Below, one piece after another: positions 6,826 through 17,395 of a stretch of 42,500 bases of DNA. Numbering within the stretch: the first letter of the stretch is position 1; each line of letters begins with the position of its first letter. Location of the stretch: the NCBI GenBank assembly GCA_038533995.1, contig JBCAXP010000002.1:1-42500 (forward strand), read 5' to 3'. The position numbers and the translations under genes are program-made. The notes beneath the pieces were generated by a model that ran no database searches, was not told the origin of the DNA, and saw only the letters and a program-made list of their open reading frames with translations. This DNA is from Pseudomonadota bacterium. GTDB taxonomy: Bacteria > Pseudomonadota > Gammaproteobacteria > Steroidobacterales > JBCAXP01.

Positions 6826-9066
6826 TCAAATGTCACGATTGCTCTTGTAACGCTTGCGGTATTCCTTGTACAGCTTGCGGCGCACCTGGCGATCGTTGCC
6901 GTGAGACGCGCCGGCCAGGTGCTTCTCCGACAGCGCGATGAGTGTTTCTTGCGCACCCTCCTGAGCCTCCTCCTGGGCCCCCTCGTGGGCAAGTTCCGGA
7001 GACGGCTGGCGCAGCGTGTAGCTGCCGTCCGCACCCATGTCCCAGGCGCTGCGCTGATCGGACAGCTGGATGTCCAGAAACGTTCTCAGGTCCCGGCGCA
7101 GCGACTTGCTCTCCACCGGCGTCAGCACTTCCACGCGGGCCTCTAGGTTGCGGTGCATGAGGTCTGCCGAGCCGAGAAAGTACTCCTCCGCGCCATCGTT
7201 GCGGAAGTAGTAAAGCCGCGCATGCTCCAGGAATCGTCCAAGCGTGCTGATAACGGTGACCGTGGGGCTGACGTCGGGCAGTCCCGGTCGCAGGCGGCAG
7301 GTGTCGCGCACGAGCAGATCCACGCTAACGCCCGCCATGCTGGCTTCGTACAGCGCCTTCGTGATGTCGCTGTCTTCCAGCGCGTTCGTCTTGAACTGCA
7401 GGTGCGCCCGGCGCCCGGCGTTTGCGTGACCGATTTCGCGCTGGATCTTGTTGAGCAGCGCGGCCTTCAGGTTATGCGGTGCAACCAGCAGTTTGCGGTA
7501 GCGCGGCGCGGGCGAGTAACCCGTGATGTAGTTGGTCAGCCCGGTGAGGTCTGCGGTGATGTCGTCGTCGCAGGTCAAAAGCCCCAGGTCGCTGTAGAGG
7601 CGGGCGGTCTGCGAGTGGTAGTTGCCGGTGCCTATGTGCGCGTAGCGGCGCAGGCCGTCGTAGTCCTTGCGCACCACCAGGATGATTTTGCAATGCGTCT
7701 TCAGCCCCATGACGCCATAGGTAACGTGGATGCCTTCGCGCTCGAGGCGCCGTGCCCAGCGGATATTGGCGGCTTCGTCAAAGCGCGCCTTGAGTTCCAC
7801 GAGCACCGCGACCTGTTTGCCGGCCCGCGCCGCCTCAATGAGGTCGTTGATGATGCGGCCATCAGCCGACGTGCGGTACAGCGTCATCTTGATCGCGAGC
7901 ACCTTCGGATCGCTGCGCGCGCTGCGCAGGAAGCGCTCGACGGAGGTAGCAAAGGACTCGTATGGGTGCTGCAGCAGCAGCGACCCAGTGTCACGAATGA
8001 TGTGGAAAATACTGCGGTTGTCGAGCGCCAGGCGCGAGTGATCAGCCGGCTGATGCGGCGGGTAGTGCAGGTGCGCATGGGGCAGGTCGGCAATAACCGA
8101 CAGGTCGTTCATCGCCATGAGCCCGCCAACCGTGAACACGTCCTCGTCGTCCAGACCGAGTTCGGCGGCGAGCATTGCGCTTTGCGCCGCCGGCATGCTC
8201 TCGGCAACCTGCAGCCGCACGATGGGCGCGAAGTGCCGTTCCTTGAGTTCCGTCTGCATCAGTTCGAGCAGATCGTCGGCCTGCTCCTGGTCCATCTCGA
8301 CGTTCGCGTTGCGCGTTACGCGGAACAGTTCGCAGCTCTCGATGCGCATGCCGGGGAACAACAGGTCCAGGTTGTTGGCAATGACGTCATCCAGCGAGAT
8401 GAAGGTGGCGCCGGAGCCCAGCGCCAGCAGGCGCGGTGCGATGCCTGGCAGGCCCGGGACCTTGACACGCGCGGTGCGCACATCGGCCTCGCCCGGAAAC
8501 CGCATCGTAACCAGCAGGTTGAGCGCCAGGTTGGAGATAAACGGAAACGGGTGGCCGGGGTCCATCGCCAGCGGCGTAACGAGCGGAAAAATTTCCTGGA
8601 TGTAGCGTTCGCGCAGCGCCTGGTGATCGGCTTCGTCCAGTTCCTGCCACGTGACGAGCTTGATGCCCTCGGCGCGCAGTTCTTCGAGGATGTTGTCGAA
8701 TACCGTGCCGCGCTCCTGCTGGATCTGGCGCACGACGGTGTGGCACTCGTGAATCTGCTGCGCGGGCGTGCGCCCGTCCACCGAGCGGGTGCTGATGCCG
8801 GCAACGATAAGCTGCTTGAGGCCACCGATGCGCTTCATGAAGAAGCCGTCGATGTTGCCGCTGACGATGGCCAGGAAGCGCACACGCTCAAGGAGCGGCG
8901 TGCGCGGGTCGGCGGCAAGCTGCAGCACGCGGCGATTGAAGCTCAGCCAGGTGAGCTCGCGGTTCAGATACAGTTCCGGCGCCGACAGGTCTGGCGGCGC
9001 TGGGGCCACATCCGCCTGGCCTTGCGCTGTGTCACTAATGGGGTCGCTGGCTGTGTCGTCGCTCAT
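6826..9066 (-). CDS. ppk: Polyphosphate kinase 1. Start is ATG 9066, or GTG 9123, which would overlap the upstream gene by 34 nt.
   Basis: Collinear with PPK1: LYLNRELTWLSFNRRVLQLA at the N-terminus, the autophosphorylated His region (GLKTHCKIILVVR) and two PLD-like HKD-type C-domains (GTGNYH, GSADLMHRNL). Confidence 0.9.
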   Translation of the reverse strand: MSDDTASDPISDTAQGQADVAPAPPDLSAPELYLNRELTWLSFNRRVLQLAADPRTPLLERVRFLAIVSGNIDGFFMKRIGGLKQLIVAGISTRSVDGRTPAQQIHECHTVVRQIQQERGTVFDNILEELRAEGIKLVTWQELDEADHQALRERYIQEIFPLVTPLAMDPGHPFPFISNLALNLLVTMRFPGEADVRTARVKVPGLPGIAPRLLALGSGATFISLDDVIANNLDLLFPGMRIESCELFRVTRNANVEMDQEQADDLLELMQTELKERHFAPIVRLQVAESMPAAQSAMLAAELGLDDEDVFTVGGLMAMNDLSVIADLPHAHLHYPPHQPADHSRLALDNRSIFHIIRDTGSLLLQHPYESFATSVERFLRSARSDPKVLAIKMTLYRTSADGRIINDLIEAARAGKQVAVLVELKARFDEAANIRWARRLEREGIHVTYGVMGLKTHCKIILVVRKDYDGLRRYAHIGTGNYHSQTARLYSDLGLLTCDDDITADLTGLTNYITGYSPAPRYRKLLVAPHNLKAALLNKIQREIGHANAGRRAHLQFKTNALEDSDITKALYEASMAGVSVDLLVRDTCRLRPGLPDVSPTVTVISTLGRFLEHARLYYFRNDGAEEYFLGSADLMHRNLEARVEVLTPVESKSLRRDLRTFLDIQLSDQRSAWDMGADGSYTLRQPSPELAHEGAQEEAQEGAQETLIALSEKHLAGASHGNDRQVRRKLYKEYRKRYKSNRDI

Positions 9067-9089
9067 GTCAGTCACGTGATCGCTGTCGT

Positions 9090-10367
9090 TCAATGCAGTG
9101 CTGCCTTGTAGTTGCCGAGACACCCCATGCTTTCGAGCACGAGCGTGATGAAGCTGTAGCTGGTGATGCGACCGATGCCGCCGGTCATGCAGGCCATCTC
9201 ATCGTAACGCCGGTTTGCGTCGCGGCGGCCGCCCGGTGCGTACAGTATCGAGGGCACCGGGTCGCCTGTGTGCGCCCCGGTATTGCAGTCGGTGGAATGG
9301 TCCGCGCTTACTGCCACTACCTTACCGTCAACGTCGAGCGACGCCAGCTCATCGTCGAAGCGTTCGAGGAACGCCTTCTTTGTCAGCGGGTCCTTGTCGT
9401 GGGCGCAAATGTCCGGCGCCTTGACGTGCAGAAATACCAGGTCGTGATCGTTGAGGGCATCGGCGACCGCGGCCATCTTCGCAGACAGGTCGGTATCGGG
9501 GCCGGCGGTGAAGCGCGGATCCTTGTTCACGTCGAAGCCGAACAGGCGACCGAGGCCGGCCACGGTGCCGCCTCCGGTCACCAGCGCGGTAGACAGCCCC
9601 AGCTCGCTGATGATGTTGCGCATCACCGGCATCGTGCCTGCGCCACGGGTAATTATTGCGTTGGCGGGTGGTTGCCCGTCGGCGGAGCGTTGCTCGTTGA
9701 CGGGATGGGCCGACAGGCGCTCGTGCGCCAGCACGAGATACCGGTTCACGGCGGTCGCCGTGCGGGCAGCTGCCTCCTCGTTGGACGCCGCGGAGATGCA
9801 CTCAAGCACGTGGTGACCGTTACCGCTGCCCGGATCCGTGTCGGTGACCGCCGCTGACAGCTTGTCGCCAGACAGGCGCAGCACTGCGCGGTGCTGGGTG
9901 GCGGCGCGGAGCGTCGCGGTGATGCCGTCGCCAACGTCGATGCCGCTCAGGGCGGCGGCGAGTTCCCGGACGCCGTCGCGAATGCGGCCAGCGCGCCGGT
10001 CAATAATTCGAAAGCCGCTATCATCGCCCTGGACGGTGGCAAAGTTGCAGCGAAAGGCCACGTCACCGGGCTGCAGTGTGAGGCCGGCGCCGGCCGCCTC
10101 GACAGAGCCGCGGCCCAGGCAGCGGGCATCCTCGGGCATCAGTCCCATTAGCACGCCGGCGCCGAGGTGCGTGCCAACGGGCACGCCGGGCGCCAGCGGG
10201 TCGACCTGGCCTGACTGCCCGGCGGTGGCGAGCCGGTCGAGATTGGGTGTGTCGGCCGCTTCAAGTGGCGTTGCACCACCAAGCACCGCGCAGGGCCTGT
10301 CGCCCACGCCGTCGAGGATAATGACCAGGCCCTTGCTCTTCGGAGTTACCGTCACTGCGCTTGCCAC
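9090..10367 (-). CDS. Archaeal-type (ApgM-like) cofactor-independent phosphoglycerate mutase family protein, alkaline-phosphatase superfamily; GTG start
   Basis: Metal-ligand motifs are present: N-terminal ILDGVGD, FLHVKAPDICAHD and C-terminal VSADHSTDCNTGAHTGDPVP. At 425 aa, the length and motif order fit ApgM/metalloenzyme-family proteins. Confidence 0.7.
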   Translation of the reverse strand: MASAVTVTPKSKGLVIILDGVGDRPCAVLGGATPLEAADTPNLDRLATAGQSGQVDPLAPGVPVGTHLGAGVLMGLMPEDARCLGRGSVEAAGAGLTLQPGDVAFRCNFATVQGDDSGFRIIDRRAGRIRDGVRELAAALSGIDVGDGITATLRAATQHRAVLRLSGDKLSAAVTDTDPGSGNGHHVLECISAASNEEAAARTATAVNRYLVLAHERLSAHPVNEQRSADGQPPANAIITRGAGTMPVMRNIISELGLSTALVTGGGTVAGLGRLFGFDVNKDPRFTAGPDTDLSAKMAAVADALNDHDLVFLHVKAPDICAHDKDPLTKKAFLERFDDELASLDVDGKVVAVSADHSTDCNTGAHTGDPVPSILYAPGGRRDANRRYDEMACMTGGIGRITSYSFITLVLESMGCLGNYKAALH

Positions 10368-10396
10368 CTTCGTCCGCCGGACCCGGAATCTTACAC

Positions 10397-11611
10397 TTAG
10401 TGCCGGCTGGCGGGGCGTTTGCCGCCGTCCGGGAACACCTCGCGGGCGCTGGCGGTGAATTCGAGCGCCAGCTTGTCGATGATTTTGACCATCAGGTCGC
10501 CGGCGGCGTCGGACTTGTCGTTGTTCGGAATGATTGGCACGCCGTGCTGGTCCGCCTCCTTTAAAAGGTGAGTCTGGATCGTCCAGATGGCGTCAAAGCT
10601 CTTGAGATAGCGGTCGGCCCGGCGGGCCGGTTCGGCCTTGCCGCGGCCGCGCAGGCGCTTTCTCAGGGTTTTGGGCTTCAGCACGGCCATCAGCGCTTCG
10701 ACCACAATGGCGTCGGTATCCCGGGGTAGCCTTGCCGCCATGCCGGGCTCAATGTGCACCCCCTCGACGATGAGCGAGACGCGCTCGCGCACGGCGCGGC
10801 TGACCACGGCTTCGCAGGACATGGCCAGCAGCTCGGCCTGGCTGCGAAAGCCATCGATAACGTGCTCCTCCTCCGGCGTTGTGCCAGCCTCGTTGCCGGG
10901 CCGGCATTGCCAGGCCAGAAAGGACGACGTGTGCAGTGCCGGCGTTACCCGTTGGGGCAGCATGAGGCGCATTACCTCCCGCAGCATATCGGTGCTCTGG
11001 ATCCTCACAATTTCGAGGTGATGGGCAACTTCCGTGGCAATCGTGCTCTTGCCGCAGCCGACGCTGCCGCCAATGAGCAGAATCAGCGGCCTTCCGCTGC
11101 GAATGAACTGCGCCCACACGAGGTAACGCTGCGCCTGCCTTGGCCCGACATCGCGCTTCAGGTAGCGGTACGTGAGGTAACCCAGGCGGTCGGACGTGAT
11201 GTGGGTGGTGCCGCGGGCCAGAAGGTGCTCGTAGATCTTCGCGGTGACCGGGCGCGCCGCCTCGGCGGTGAGTCCGCAGCTATGGAGCGAACGCTGGTGG
11301 CTCGTGCGCGAGAACGGCGCCGTCTGGCCGCCGCCGCTCGTCACGAGCAGCGCTTCCTCCGGCGGTGCCACGCTCAGGTAGCGCATCGCGGTGATGTCTC
11401 CGTGGTCCTTGCGGATCAGGTCTGCAACCAGCGCGCGCAGGTCGTCGGTGGTGATCTCCCGGCGCCCCGACAGCTTTTCCCGAACGGTCGAGGCGAGGTT
11501 GTAGGCGGTGTCAAAGGGCAGGCCCGCGTGTTCCAGCGAGCGGGTCAGGATGCCGCGCAGAAACGGTACCCGGGTGTCGTGCTCGGTGTTGGTTACGAGG
11601 GTGCGGGCCAT
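10397..11611 (-). CDS. 2-phosphoglycerate kinase-like P-loop kinase with N-terminal ATP-cone-like repeats
   Basis: 404 aa with an N-terminal VPFLRGILTRSL...TTDDLRALVADLI segment (ATP-cone-like). Walker A LLIGGSVGCGKSTIATEVA is followed by IQSTDMLREVMR and LHTSSF, as in archaeal 2PGK-family proteins. Confidence 0.6.
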   Translation of the reverse strand: MARTLVTNTEHDTRVPFLRGILTRSLEHAGLPFDTAYNLASTVREKLSGRREITTDDLRALVADLIRKDHGDITAMRYLSVAPPEEALLVTSGGGQTAPFSRTSHQRSLHSCGLTAEAARPVTAKIYEHLLARGTTHITSDRLGYLTYRYLKRDVGPRQAQRYLVWAQFIRSGRPLILLIGGSVGCGKSTIATEVAHHLEIVRIQSTDMLREVMRLMLPQRVTPALHTSSFLAWQCRPGNEAGTTPEEEHVIDGFRSQAELLAMSCEAVVSRAVRERVSLIVEGVHIEPGMAARLPRDTDAIVVEALMAVLKPKTLRKRLRGRGKAEPARRADRYLKSFDAIWTIQTHLLKEADQHGVPIIPNNDKSDAAGDLMVKIIDKLALEFTASAREVFPDGGKRPASRH

Positions 11612-11798
11612 AGGTCTGAACGAACGCGGTGGAGTCTCTTAGGGAGGTCGGGCGGCGCTGCCGCCGGGGCCTGGCTCCATTCTGCCATAGGTCTGAGGCA
11701 GCCGCAGGACGGCGGTGGTGCCAGTTGTGAACCACGTTACGGAGCATCGTGGCAAACACCGGTACCATAAATATGGCGGTACCATTACACTTGATCTG

Positions 11799-12671
11799 AT
11801 GAGCCTCACTGAATCCCTGAAATCGCTACGAGAAGGTGCTGCAGCACCCACTGGCCCGGCCGCGGGCACCGAGGAGGGGCACTGGCACGGCACCCTGCTC
11901 GAGCCTGAAGACCCAGCGCCGTTCAAGGTGATCAACCCGGACAGCGAGCGCCCCGTGCTGCTGGTCTGCGACCACTCGGGCCGGGTAATTCCCCGCAGCC
12001 TGAACAACCTTGGCTTGGACGAGCGGGTAATGGACCTTCACGTCGCCTGGGATATCGGCACCCGCGACCTCGGTGCGGTGCTCGCCAAGCGCATGCGCAC
12101 AACCGCGGTGCAGGCGACCTATTCCCGCCTTTTCGTCGACAACAACCGGGAGCTCGAGGACCGCACTGCGTATCCACCAGTGAGCGACGGTGTCGTCATT
12201 CCCGGCAACCACGAACTGGGGCCGGAAGAGAAGGAAGCCCGCGCCCGCAGCACCTACTGGCCGTACCACCAGGCGATTGCCCGTGAGCTGGCCCGCCTGA
12301 AATCGCTGGGGCAGATCCCGGCGCTCTTTTCCATTCACAGTTTCACGCCGGTCATGGGCAGCAAGGCCCGGCCCTGGGAGATTGGCGTGCTGTGGGACAA
12401 GGACCCGCGCATTCCGGTGCCGCTCATCGAGCACCTGGCGGCGGCGGGCGTGGTAACGGGCGACAACGAGCCCTACTCGGGCAAGGCCTCGTCAGACTTT
12501 ACGGTGGATCACCACGCCGAGGACGCGGGTTTTCCCCACGTCGGCATCGAGGTTCGCCAGGATCTCATCTCGACGACCGAAGGCGTGCGCCGCTGGGCCG
12601 ATGTGCTGTTCGAGGCCTTCGAAGCGGTGCTTGCCGACGAGTCCATCTACTCCGTCTGGCACGGACGATAG
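11799..12671 (+). CDS. N-formylglutamate amidohydrolase (FGase, PF05013-like) family protein
   Basis: Motifs LLVCDHSGRVIP, HSFTPVM, PWEIGVLWD, DNEPYSG and VGIEVRQDL are typical of the FGase family. The internal ATG 11799 was chosen as the start. Confidence 0.7.
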   Translation: MSLTESLKSLREGAAAPTGPAAGTEEGHWHGTLLEPEDPAPFKVINPDSERPVLLVCDHSGRVIPRSLNNLGLDERVMDLHVAWDIGTRDLGAVLAKRMRTTAVQATYSRLFVDNNRELEDRTAYPPVSDGVVIPGNHELGPEEKEARARSTYWPYHQAIARELARLKSLGQIPALFSIHSFTPVMGSKARPWEIGVLWDKDPRIPVPLIEHLAAAGVVTGDNEPYSGKASSDFTVDHHAEDAGFPHVGIEVRQDLISTTEGVRRWADVLFEAFEAVLADESIYSVWHGR

Positions 12672-12684
12672 CTGCCCCAGCCAG

Positions 12685-13638
12685 CTAGCCCAATAACTGG
12701 GCCTGCGCTTCAGCGTACTTGGCCGCCGTCTGGTCGATGACTTCCTGCGGCAGCGTCGGGCCAGGCGCCGTTTTGTCCCAGTCGAGCGTTTCGAGGTAAT
12801 CCCGCACGAATTGTTTGTCATAACTTGGCGGGCTGATGCCCGTGCGGTAGCTGGCGGCCGGCCAGAAGCGCGATGAGTCCGGCGTCATCGCTTCGTCTAT
12901 CAGCACAAGCTCGCCGGCGGCGTCCAGGCCAAATTCGAATTTCGTATCGGCAATGATGATGCCGCGGCTGGCAGCGTGCCGGCGGCCGTGCTCGTAAAGC
13001 GCGAGCGCGAGGTCACGCACCTGCGTGGCCCGTTCCTTGCCAATGCGCTCGGCGCATTCGGCGAAGCTGATGTTCTCGTCGTGATCGCCCACGGCCGCCT
13101 TTGTTGCCGGTGTAAACAGCGGTTCGTCGAACGGTCCGGCGAGTTCCAGTCCGGGCGGCAGCGCGATGCCGCAGACCGCGCCGGTCGCCTGGTAGTCTTT
13201 CCAGCCGGAACCGGCGATGTAGCCGCGCACCACGGCCTCGACCGGCAGCGCGTTGAGCCTGCGGACCACGACCGCGCGGTTTTTTACCTGGTCGTGCTCC
13301 GCCTTCTCCGGCACGACGTCTTCCGGCGCGATGCCGGTGAGGTGGTTGCTCACGATGTCCCTGGTGCGTGAAAACCAGAACGAGGAGATCGCCGTCAGCA
13401 TGGCGCCCTTGCCCGGGATCGCGTCCGGCAGCACAACGTCAAAGGCCGACAGCCGGTCGGTGGTAACGATGAGCAGGTGCTCGTCGTCAAGCGCGTACAC
13501 GTCGCGAACCTTGCCACGGTGGGCGAGCTCAAGGCCGCTTAGCCGGGTTTCGAACACAATGGGCGTGTCAGCGTGCCGCGACTGTGGCCAACTGCTACCA
13601 TGACGCCCATTCGCAGAGCTTTCGGATTCCTTTGACAT
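12685..13638 (-). CDS. purC: Phosphoribosylaminoimidazole-succinocarboxamide (SAICAR) synthase
   Basis: [47 protein letters not shown] and DSSRFWP are present. The ORF-track 597-aa form is an artefactual upstream extension antisense to djlA. Confidence 0.9.
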   Translation of the reverse strand: MSKESESSANGRHGSSWPQSRHADTPIVFETRLSGLELAHRGKVRDVYALDDEHLLIVTTDRLSAFDVVLPDAIPGKGAMLTAISSFWFSRTRDIVSNHLTGIAPEDVVPEKAEHDQVKNRAVVVRRLNALPVEAVVRGYIAGSGWKDYQATGAVCGIALPPGLELAGPFDEPLFTPATKAAVGDHDENISFAECAERIGKERATQVRDLALALYEHGRRHAASRGIIIADTKFEFGLDAAGELVLIDEAMTPDSSRFWPAASYRTGISPPSYDKQFVRDYLETLDWDKTAPGPTLPQEVIDQTAAKYAEAQAQLLG

Positions 13639-13749
13639 GAACACACCGGCGAAGAAAGGCGGGCATTGTGGCAAGCCGCGCGCTGCGCCGTCAACGCGGC
13701 GCGAACGGCAGTGCCGCCGCGCGCCCACGCCGGGAGTGCGAGCCGCCTG

Positions 13750-14538
13750 ATGCAGTGGTGGGGAAAGGTTGCCGGCGGCGCCCTCGGCCTGCTGATGGGC
13801 GGCCCGCTGGGCGCGGCCCTGGGCGCCGCGGTCGGGCACCAGATTGATCGCGGTCTCGAGGACGAGCTGGGCGACGACCTCGCGCGACCGCGGTCTACGC
13901 CGCCCGACATTTTCTTTAGCGCAACGTTTGGCGTCATGGGTCACGTGGCCAAGGCCGACGGGCGTGTTTCCGAAACCGAAATCGCCACCGCCCGAGCCGT
14001 GATGAAAAACATGCGCCTCGACGATGCCAAGGTGCGCGAGGCCATTAGCTACTTCACCGCCGGCAAGCGGCCGGATTTCCCCCTGGAGTCCACCGTTGCG
14101 GCGCTTCGGCGCGCCTATTATCCGCGTCACGACACGCTGCGCACCTTCGTGGAGATCCAGGTGCACGCGGCAATGGCCGACGGTGCAATCTCCACCGTTG
14201 AACGTGACCTGCTCCGGCGCATCTGCCGCAAGCTCGGCATCAGCGACGTGGAGCTGGGCCAGATTGAAGCGCTTGCGCGACTGCGCAGCAGCGGCGGCGG
14301 CCGGCGCAATTCGGTCCAGCCGGTCAACCAGCTCGAGCAGGCATATCGACTGCTGGAGGTGCCTGCGAGCGCATCGGACGCCGCCGTCAAAAAGGCCTAC
14401 CGCCGCATGATGAACAAGCATCATCCGGACAAGGCCATCGCTCGAGGTCTGCCGGAGTCGATGCAGCAGGTGGCTCACGACAAGACCCAGCAGATTCGTG
14501 AAGCGTACGACACGATCCGCACCGCCCGGGGAACTTAG
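13750..14538 (+). CDS. djlA: Co-chaperone DjlA (N-terminal TM helix, TerB-like domain, C-terminal J domain)
   Basis: N-terminal [25 protein letters not shown], a middle tellurite-resistance TerB-like region, and a C-terminal J domain with the HPD motif ([13 protein letters not shown]). Confidence 0.85.
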   Translation: MQWWGKVAGGALGLLMGGPLGAALGAAVGHQIDRGLEDELGDDLARPRSTPPDIFFSATFGVMGHVAKADGRVSETEIATARAVMKNMRLDDAKVREAISYFTAGKRPDFPLESTVAALRRAYYPRHDTLRTFVEIQVHAAMADGAISTVERDLLRRICRKLGISDVELGQIEALARLRSSGGGRRNSVQPVNQLEQAYRLLEVPASASDAAVKKAYRRMMNKHHPDKAIARGLPESMQQVAHDKTQQIREAYDTIRTARGT

Positions 14539-14591
14539 CGTTCAGGCTCACATTTTAAGTCCGGGTCCGTAGCGCCCGAAAGGAACAAGCA

Positions 14592-15263
14592 ATGAAAGAC
14601 CTTTGGATTGCGCCATCCATTCTGTCCGCCGACTTTGCCAGGCTCGGCGAAGAAGTTGACGCGGTGCTGTCGGCCGGCGCCGATATCGTGCACTTCGATG
14701 TGATGGACAATCACTACGTGCCCAACCTGACCATCGGGCCGCTCGTGTGCGAAGCGCTGCGAAGCTATGGGGTTACCGCGCCGATCGACGTGCACCTGAT
14801 GGTGAAGCCCGTTGATCGCATCATTCCGGACTTCGCGAAGGCCGGCGCCAGCTACATTACCTTTCACCCGGAGGCGTCCGAGCATGTCGATGCGACGCTG
14901 CAACTGATTCGCAGCCACGGTGTGAAGGCGGGGCTCGTGTTCAACCCTGCGACGCCGTTGACGTGGCTTGAACACGTCATGGACAAGGTGGACATGGTGC
15001 TGCTGATGTCGGTCAATCCGGGCTTCGGCGGCCAGAAGTTCATTCCGTCTGCGCTCGACAAACTGCGCGCGGCGCGGCGCCTGATCGATGACAGCGGTCT
15101 GGACATTCGCCTGGAGATCGACGGCGGCGTCAAGGTCGATAACATCGCAGAGATTGCCGCCGCGGGCGCCGATACTTTCGTTGCCGGCTCGGCGATCTTT
15201 AACAGCGACAACTACGCCGAGACGATTGCGCGCATGCGCGCCGAGTGCAGCAAACACCACTGA
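14592..15263 (+). CDS. rpe: Ribulose-phosphate 3-epimerase
   Basis: [49 protein letters not shown] and AGSAIF are present. Confidence 0.95.
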   Translation: MKDLWIAPSILSADFARLGEEVDAVLSAGADIVHFDVMDNHYVPNLTIGPLVCEALRSYGVTAPIDVHLMVKPVDRIIPDFAKAGASYITFHPEASEHVDATLQLIRSHGVKAGLVFNPATPLTWLEHVMDKVDMVLLMSVNPGFGGQKFIPSALDKLRAARRLIDDSGLDIRLEIDGGVKVDNIAEIAAAGADTFVAGSAIFNSDNYAETIARMRAECSKHH

Positions 15264-15281
15264 GCCCTGCTGCTATCGACC

Positions 15282-15878
<597 letters not shown>

Positions 15879-15915
15879 TGCCGCGCGGACGTCGATCAGT
15901 CGGAGGTAGCGGCGG

Positions 15916-16569
15916 TCAGTTGACCGTGGGCCTGGGCGCGTTGAACACCACGATCGTCTTGCCACGGGCAGATACGAGGCCCTGGTCTTCCAGAACTTTA
16001 AGCACGCGGCCTGCCATCTCCCGGGAGCAGCCGACGAGGCGGCTGAGTTCCTGGCGGCTCACCTTGATCTGCATGCCGTCCGGGTGGGTCATGGCGTCGG
16101 GCTCGGCGCACAGGTCCATCAGCGCGTGCGCGATGCGGCCGGTCACGTCGACAAACGCCAGGTCACCGAGCTTCCGGTTCGTGCGATTCAGGCGGCTGGC
16201 GAGCTGCGTGGCGAGCTCGAAAACGAGGCCGGGGCTTTCGCTGGCGATCTGTCGGAAGCGCGGGTAGGTCATCTCCGCGATTTCGCATTCCGTCCGGGTG
16301 CGCACCCAGGCGCTGCGGGTGGGCTGCTCGTAGAACAGGCCCATCTCGCCGAAGAACTCGCCCTTGTTGAGGTAGGCCAGCACCATCTCGTTGCCGTCTT
16401 CGTCTTCGATCATGACTTCGACGGAACCGTCGACGATGAAGTAGAGAATGTCTGGCAGGTCGCCAGCGTGGATTACCACCGTCTTGCTCGGCACTGTCCG
16501 CATGCGGCAGTAGCTCAGGAAGCGGTTGATCGCTGGCACATCACTCAGGTTTTTGCTGGTCTCTTCCAT
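15916..16569 (-). CDS. crp: cAMP receptor protein family global regulator (CRP/Vfr)
   Basis: A cNMP-binding domain (GEFFGEMGLF, RSAWVRTRTECEIAE) and a C-terminal HTH (SRQELSRLVGCSREMAGRVLKVLEDQGL), highly similar to CRP/Vfr. Confidence 0.9.
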   Translation of the reverse strand: MEETSKNLSDVPAINRFLSYCRMRTVPSKTVVIHAGDLPDILYFIVDGSVEVMIEDEDGNEMVLAYLNKGEFFGEMGLFYEQPTRSAWVRTRTECEIAEMTYPRFRQIASESPGLVFELATQLASRLNRTNRKLGDLAFVDVTGRIAHALMDLCAEPDAMTHPDGMQIKVSRQELSRLVGCSREMAGRVLKVLEDQGLVSARGKTIVVFNAPRPTVN

Positions 16570-16702
16570 CTGGCCCTCGTCAAATAGTCAGGGATTTTGT
16601 GGACTTATGCTTTGATTTTAACAAGCCTTTTTAAACTATGCCGGTGACGGTAGCAAGTACTGTTTACATTCGCTCCGTCAGACTGCCACACCGGGCCTGA
16701 AG

Positions 16703-17395
16703 TCAGATCCAGTACGCGGTGCGGGTCATCACCCGTGATACCAGTTGCATCACGCGCTTTACCGGTGCCGGCAACGGCGAGCCGCCGGCGTCGCGGGCAG
16801 CATTGCCGTGGCGTTCCTCGTCCTCTCGCATATGCTCGAGAATAGTGCGGCTCGCGCGGTCGTTGTCCGACATACTCTCTAAGTGAGCGTTCAAATGGTC
16901 CACAACTTGAGCCTCAGTTTCCGCGACGAAGCCCAGGCTCCAGCGATCGCCGGCAATTCCGGCCGCCGCGCCGATGGCGAAAGAAGCGCCATACCAGAAC
17001 GGCGTGAGCAGGCTGGGGCTGCCGCCGAGCTCGGCGAGACGGTCTTCGCACCAGGCCAGGTGGTCGACCTCTTCGCTGGCGGCCTGGCGCATTTCGTCGC
17101 GTACGTCGTCCAGGCGGGCGGTCAGCGCCTGGCCCTGGTACAGGGCCTGGGCGGCGACCTCGCCGGCGTGATTGACCCGCATCAGGCGGATGGAGGTTTG
17201 CCGCTCGTCGTCTTCGAGCGCCGGGGTATCGTCGTCCGCGACCTTCATCTCGGCGGTGTCAGGGCCGGGTTTTTCTGGCTCTCGCCGGTCAGGCCTGGGG
17301 CGGTTTGAGGGAGAGTTGCCGCCGGACAGGGTTCTTAGCACCCGCTCGGCTTCGCCGAGCAGCAGGTCGGCGGGGCTGAACTGTCGATCTGTCAT
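16703..17395 (-). CDS. coq7: Demethoxyubiquinone hydroxylase Coq7 (di-iron carboxylate)
   Basis: RVNHAGEVAAQALYQGQ, EEVDHLAWC, ETEAQVVDHL and DEERHG are di-iron ligand motifs. The N-terminus MTDRQFSPADLLLGEAERVLRTL matches Pseudomonas-type Coq7. Confidence 0.9.
   Translation of the reverse strand: MTDRQFSPADLLLGEAERVLRTLSGGNSPSNRPRPDRREPEKPGPDTAEMKVADDDTPALEDDERQTSIRLMRVNHAGEVAAQALYQGQALTARLDDVRDEMRQAASEEVDHLAWCEDRLAELGGSPSLLTPFWYGASFAIGAAAGIAGDRWSLGFVAETEAQVVDHLNAHLESMSDNDRASRTILEHMREDEERHGNAARDAGGSPLPAPVKRVMQLVSRVMTRTAYWI

Noticed and set aside
7153-9111. 652-aa ORF on the plus strand, together with several 60-170-aa ORFs in the same region
   Set aside because: It is fully antisense to ppk, whose product has unmistakable PPK1 motifs. 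The translation is Arg/Ala/Val/Gln-rich and low in information, with no recognisable domain. This is typical of stop-poor antisense frames in GC-rich genes.
11607-11696. 13-nt direct repeat GCCATAGGTCTGA (11607..11619 and 11684..11696). The first copy covers the start codon of the kinase-like gene, and the second could start a 31-codon upstream ORF.
   Set aside because: It is a single short repeat with no SD in front of either copy. The upstream ORF has no distinctive composition. Chance occurrence or a minor duplication cannot be excluded without comparative data.
13639-14478. Upstream 280-aa extension of the purC ORF (the ORF track gives 12685..14478, 597 aa)
   Set aside because: The extension is antisense to djlA, which has a clear TM-TerB-J-domain product. 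It has no PurC similarity. The conserved PurC sequence begins shortly after the ATG at 13638.
14535-15260. 241-aa minus-strand ORF
   Set aside because: It is antisense to rpe, which is unambiguous, and has no recognisable motifs.
16570-16702. AT-rich crp upstream region, searched for a CRP autoregulatory site (TGTGA-N6-TCACA) and promoter hexamers
   Set aside because: Only weak half-matches were found (TTTGTGGACTTATGCTTTG). Several alternative -35/-10 pairings are possible (for example TTGCTA-N17-TAAAAA on the minus strand), and none is clearly better than the others.
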